Source of the DNA: an uncultured Acidimicrobiia bacterium | Lineage (GTDB): Bacteria > Gemmatimonadota > Gemmatimonadetes > Gemmatimonadales > GWC2-71-9 | Direction: 5' to 3' | Assembly: GCA_964196605.1 (NCBI GenBank) | Contig: CAXMUQ010000047.1 | Span: 827-24,826, forward strand | Length of the DNA: 24,000 nt | Part shown: positions 22,619 to 24,000 of the stretch, piece after piece | How positions within the stretch are numbered: position 1 is the stretch's first letter | Layout: each line of letters starts with the position of its first letter | Program-made: the position numbers and the translations under genes | The notes under the pieces: generated by a model | Databases searched by the model: none | The model's input: only the letters and a program-made list of their open reading frames with translations | Told to the model about the DNA's origin: nothing

Positions 22619-23080
22619 ATGTCAGAATTGACGATTCGAGAGATAGAACAGGACGAGGAGTTCTCTGATTGGTTGGGCGACGTTCTCCTACGCCAAGCCG
22701 AGACCAGCGGGAGCGCCTTTCAGTCCCAGGACCACCACCTGGTCCTCGCCAACGAGATCGGTGACTGGATCGGTGGATTGCGGTATGCCCTCCGTGGTGG
22801 GGTGGCCCATCTCATGGAACTGGCTGTCGTGGCGCAGGAGCGTCACCAGGGGCACGCGCACCGGTTGTTGGCCGCCTTCGAAGAGCACGCCGGCCTCAGC
22901 GGCGCGCACCTGGTGGAGTTCTGGACCCAAGACCTCAGGTCAGAGGCACTCATGGCCGCGTTCGGCTGGCGCCGGGTCCTGGAGCGTCCGGATTATATCG
23001 GTGGGGAAACGTGGTACCTCCTCGAAAAGGAACTTCCTCAACCCGTCGGGGACACTGAACAGGACGATGCTGGAGTCTGA
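22619..23080 (+). CDS. GNAT-family N-acetyltransferase
   Basis: 153 aa. The segment LMELAVVAQERHQGHAHRLLAAFEEHA fits the beta4-alpha3 acetyl-CoA-binding motif A (Q/RxxGxG/A-like) of GNATs, and the size is typical. The substrate is unknown. Confidence 0.65.
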   Translation: MSELTIREIEQDEEFSDWLGDVLLRQAETSGSAFQSQDHHLVLANEIGDWIGGLRYALRGGVAHLMELAVVAQERHQGHAHRLLAAFEEHAGLSGAHLVEFWTQDLRSEALMAAFGWRRVLERPDYIGGETWYLLEKELPQPVGDTEQDDAGV

Positions 23081-23114
23081 AGGCACCGACGCCCCAATGA
23101 CACGTAGCAGCTAG

Positions 23115-23147
23115 GCGGCGACCGGGAACTGTCGCCGCTTTCGCTTT
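23115..23147 (+). terminator. Rho-independent terminator after the GNAT gene
   Basis: gcggcgac (23115-23122) pairs with gtcgccgc (23131-23138) as a perfect 8-bp stem with an 8-nt loop, followed by tttcgctttcg. Confidence 0.65.
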
Positions 23148-23182
23148 CGATAAACCCCATCGCGACGATTACCTTCCAGGAT

Positions 23183-23629
23183 ATGAAGGCACGGTTCTCC
23201 CTCCTCTGGCTTGCTCTCACAGTCCTGATCACCACCCCCGTGACAGCCTGCGGTAGCGAGGAAGTCCGCAAGGAAAGGGCTCGGCAAGCCCTGTCCCAGA
23301 AAGATGCGGACCTCTTGGGCCAGGAAATCTTCGACCTCGTCGACCAGGCAACCGGCTACGAGAGTTCACACAGTGGCAGGCGGCCCCGAAGCTTGCGCCA
23401 CATGGGCGTCGACAGCCTCACGCCAACCACCGCCCGCTGGATCGAGACACAGGCGGGGTCGCTACGGGTCGTAGTGGCGTTCCGTCGCCTGAGCGGCCAC
23501 GCGGTGTCTAGTTGCAGCGGTGATGCCGGTGTATTGGAACAACTCACCCTCGAAGGCGCCTATCGGCTGCGGTGCGCCCTGGTAGACAGCGCTGAGATCG
23601 AGCTCACGGTGGGAGGGCCATCATCATGA
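23183..23629 (+). CDS. hypothetical lipoprotein (148 aa)
   Basis: Signal peptide MKARFSLLWLALTVLITTPVTAC with lipobox-like VTAC followed by G. I recognise no family. Confidence 0.6.
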   Translation: MKARFSLLWLALTVLITTPVTACGSEEVRKERARQALSQKDADLLGQEIFDLVDQATGYESSHSGRRPRSLRHMGVDSLTPTTARWIETQAGSLRVVVAFRRLSGHAVSSCSGDAGVLEQLTLEGAYRLRCALVDSAEIELTVGGPSS

Positions 23630-24000
23630 ATGCAATGCTGGTGGCGCGGGGCTTGGCATTGGCGGGCTTGGGCTTCGCAGCAACCGTGGCCGCCACCCAT
23701 TGGGCAGTCCGGCGCAAGCATCTCGCCCCGTTCGGGCCGTGGCCCAAGTTTGTCCGCCGCGTGAGTGACCCACTGATACTGCCTCTCGAGCGTCGCATTG
23801 TCCGGGCGGGCAAGAATCCGCAGGACGCCCCGATGTGGCTACTGGGGATCGTGGTTGTGGGCGGCTTGGTGCTCCTGAGCCTCATGGGCTGGTTGGGCGG
23901 CGCCTGGCTGCGTTACGGAAACATGTTCGGCGCGGGCCCGAGAGGCTGGGCTTTCCTGGTGGTCAACGGCACCTACAGCGTCCTCATGACCGCTCTGTTC
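23626..24000 (+). CDS. YggT-like integral membrane protein, 3'-truncated at window edge
   Basis: Missing from the ORF track because it has no stop in the window. The ATG at 23626 overlaps the upstream stop as ATGA. Hand translation: MNAMLVARGLALAGLGFAATVAATHWAVRRKHLAPFGPWPKFVRRVSDPLILPLERRIVRAGKNPQDAPMWLLGIVVVGGLVLLSLMGW... The pattern TM, then RRVSDPLILPLERR, then TM resembles the YGGT repeat. The family call is tentative. Confidence 0.45.
   Translation, partial: MNAMLVARGLALAGLGFAATVAATHWAVRRKHLAPFGPWPKFVRRVSDPLILPLERRIVRAGKNPQDAPMWLLGIVVVGGLVLLSLMGWLGGAWLRYGNMFGAGPRGWAFLVVNGTYSVLMTALF

Noticed and set aside
1-24000. Mobile elements, CRISPR arrays, defence or toxin-antitoxin systems, biosynthetic clusters
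   Set aside because: I saw no transposase, integrase or recombinase motifs, no terminal inverted repeats flanking a segment, and no spaced repeat arrays. I saw no nuclease, ATPase or other defence-type domains, and no abrupt compositional island apart from short AT-richer promoter patches.

Overview
This is a GC-rich, tightly packed window that looks like ordinary bacterial chromosome. I support about 31 CDS. I saw no rRNA, tRNA, CRISPR array, transposase, integrase or phage genes.

Gene content in order:
- The 3' part of fabF (+) and an aquaporin (+).
- A minus-strand chain: STAS protein, stand-alone receiver, ccmA, ccmB, ccmC, and a 38-aa ccmD-like ORF that is too short for the ORF track.
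- A 420-nt non-coding gap, then acs (+).
- A minus-strand chain: small acidic protein, DsbA-like oxidoreductase, VKOR, kup.
- A self-contained 85-aa gene (+).
- A long minus-strand train: PAP2 phosphatase, orphan WtpA/ModA-like binding protein, pruA, secreted hypothetical, TPR protein, 874-aa M16 peptidase, OsmC, Gly-rich secreted protein.
- A lipoprotein, cutA, a Yip1-like membrane protein and a 92-aa Cys-rich anchored protein (+). The last is hidden in the tail of a spurious 359-aa ORF.
- trxC (-), a GNAT acetyltransferase (+), a second lipoprotein (+) and a 3'-truncated YggT-like membrane protein (+).

Many track ORFs carry false N-terminal extensions. The real starts are often revealed by ATGA or similar stop/start overlaps.

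I cannot point to one obvious novel system; nothing resembles known defence, toxin or biosynthetic clusters. The leads worth a second look are:
1. Signalling modules (STAS plus receiver) translationally welded to ccmABCD.
2. The trxC-GNAT intergenic region, which holds a consensus-grade sigma54 -24/-12 element, a 22-bp-phased direct repeat, an inverted repeat and an apparently leaderless trxC promoter.
3. The 420-nt gap with mutually exclusive hairpins.
4. An uncharacterised acidic protein coupled to DsbA-VKOR-Kup.
5. The Yip1 plus Cys-rich protein pair that ends in a shared CTAG stop with trxC.

All functional calls come from motif recognition by eye. No database search was possible.
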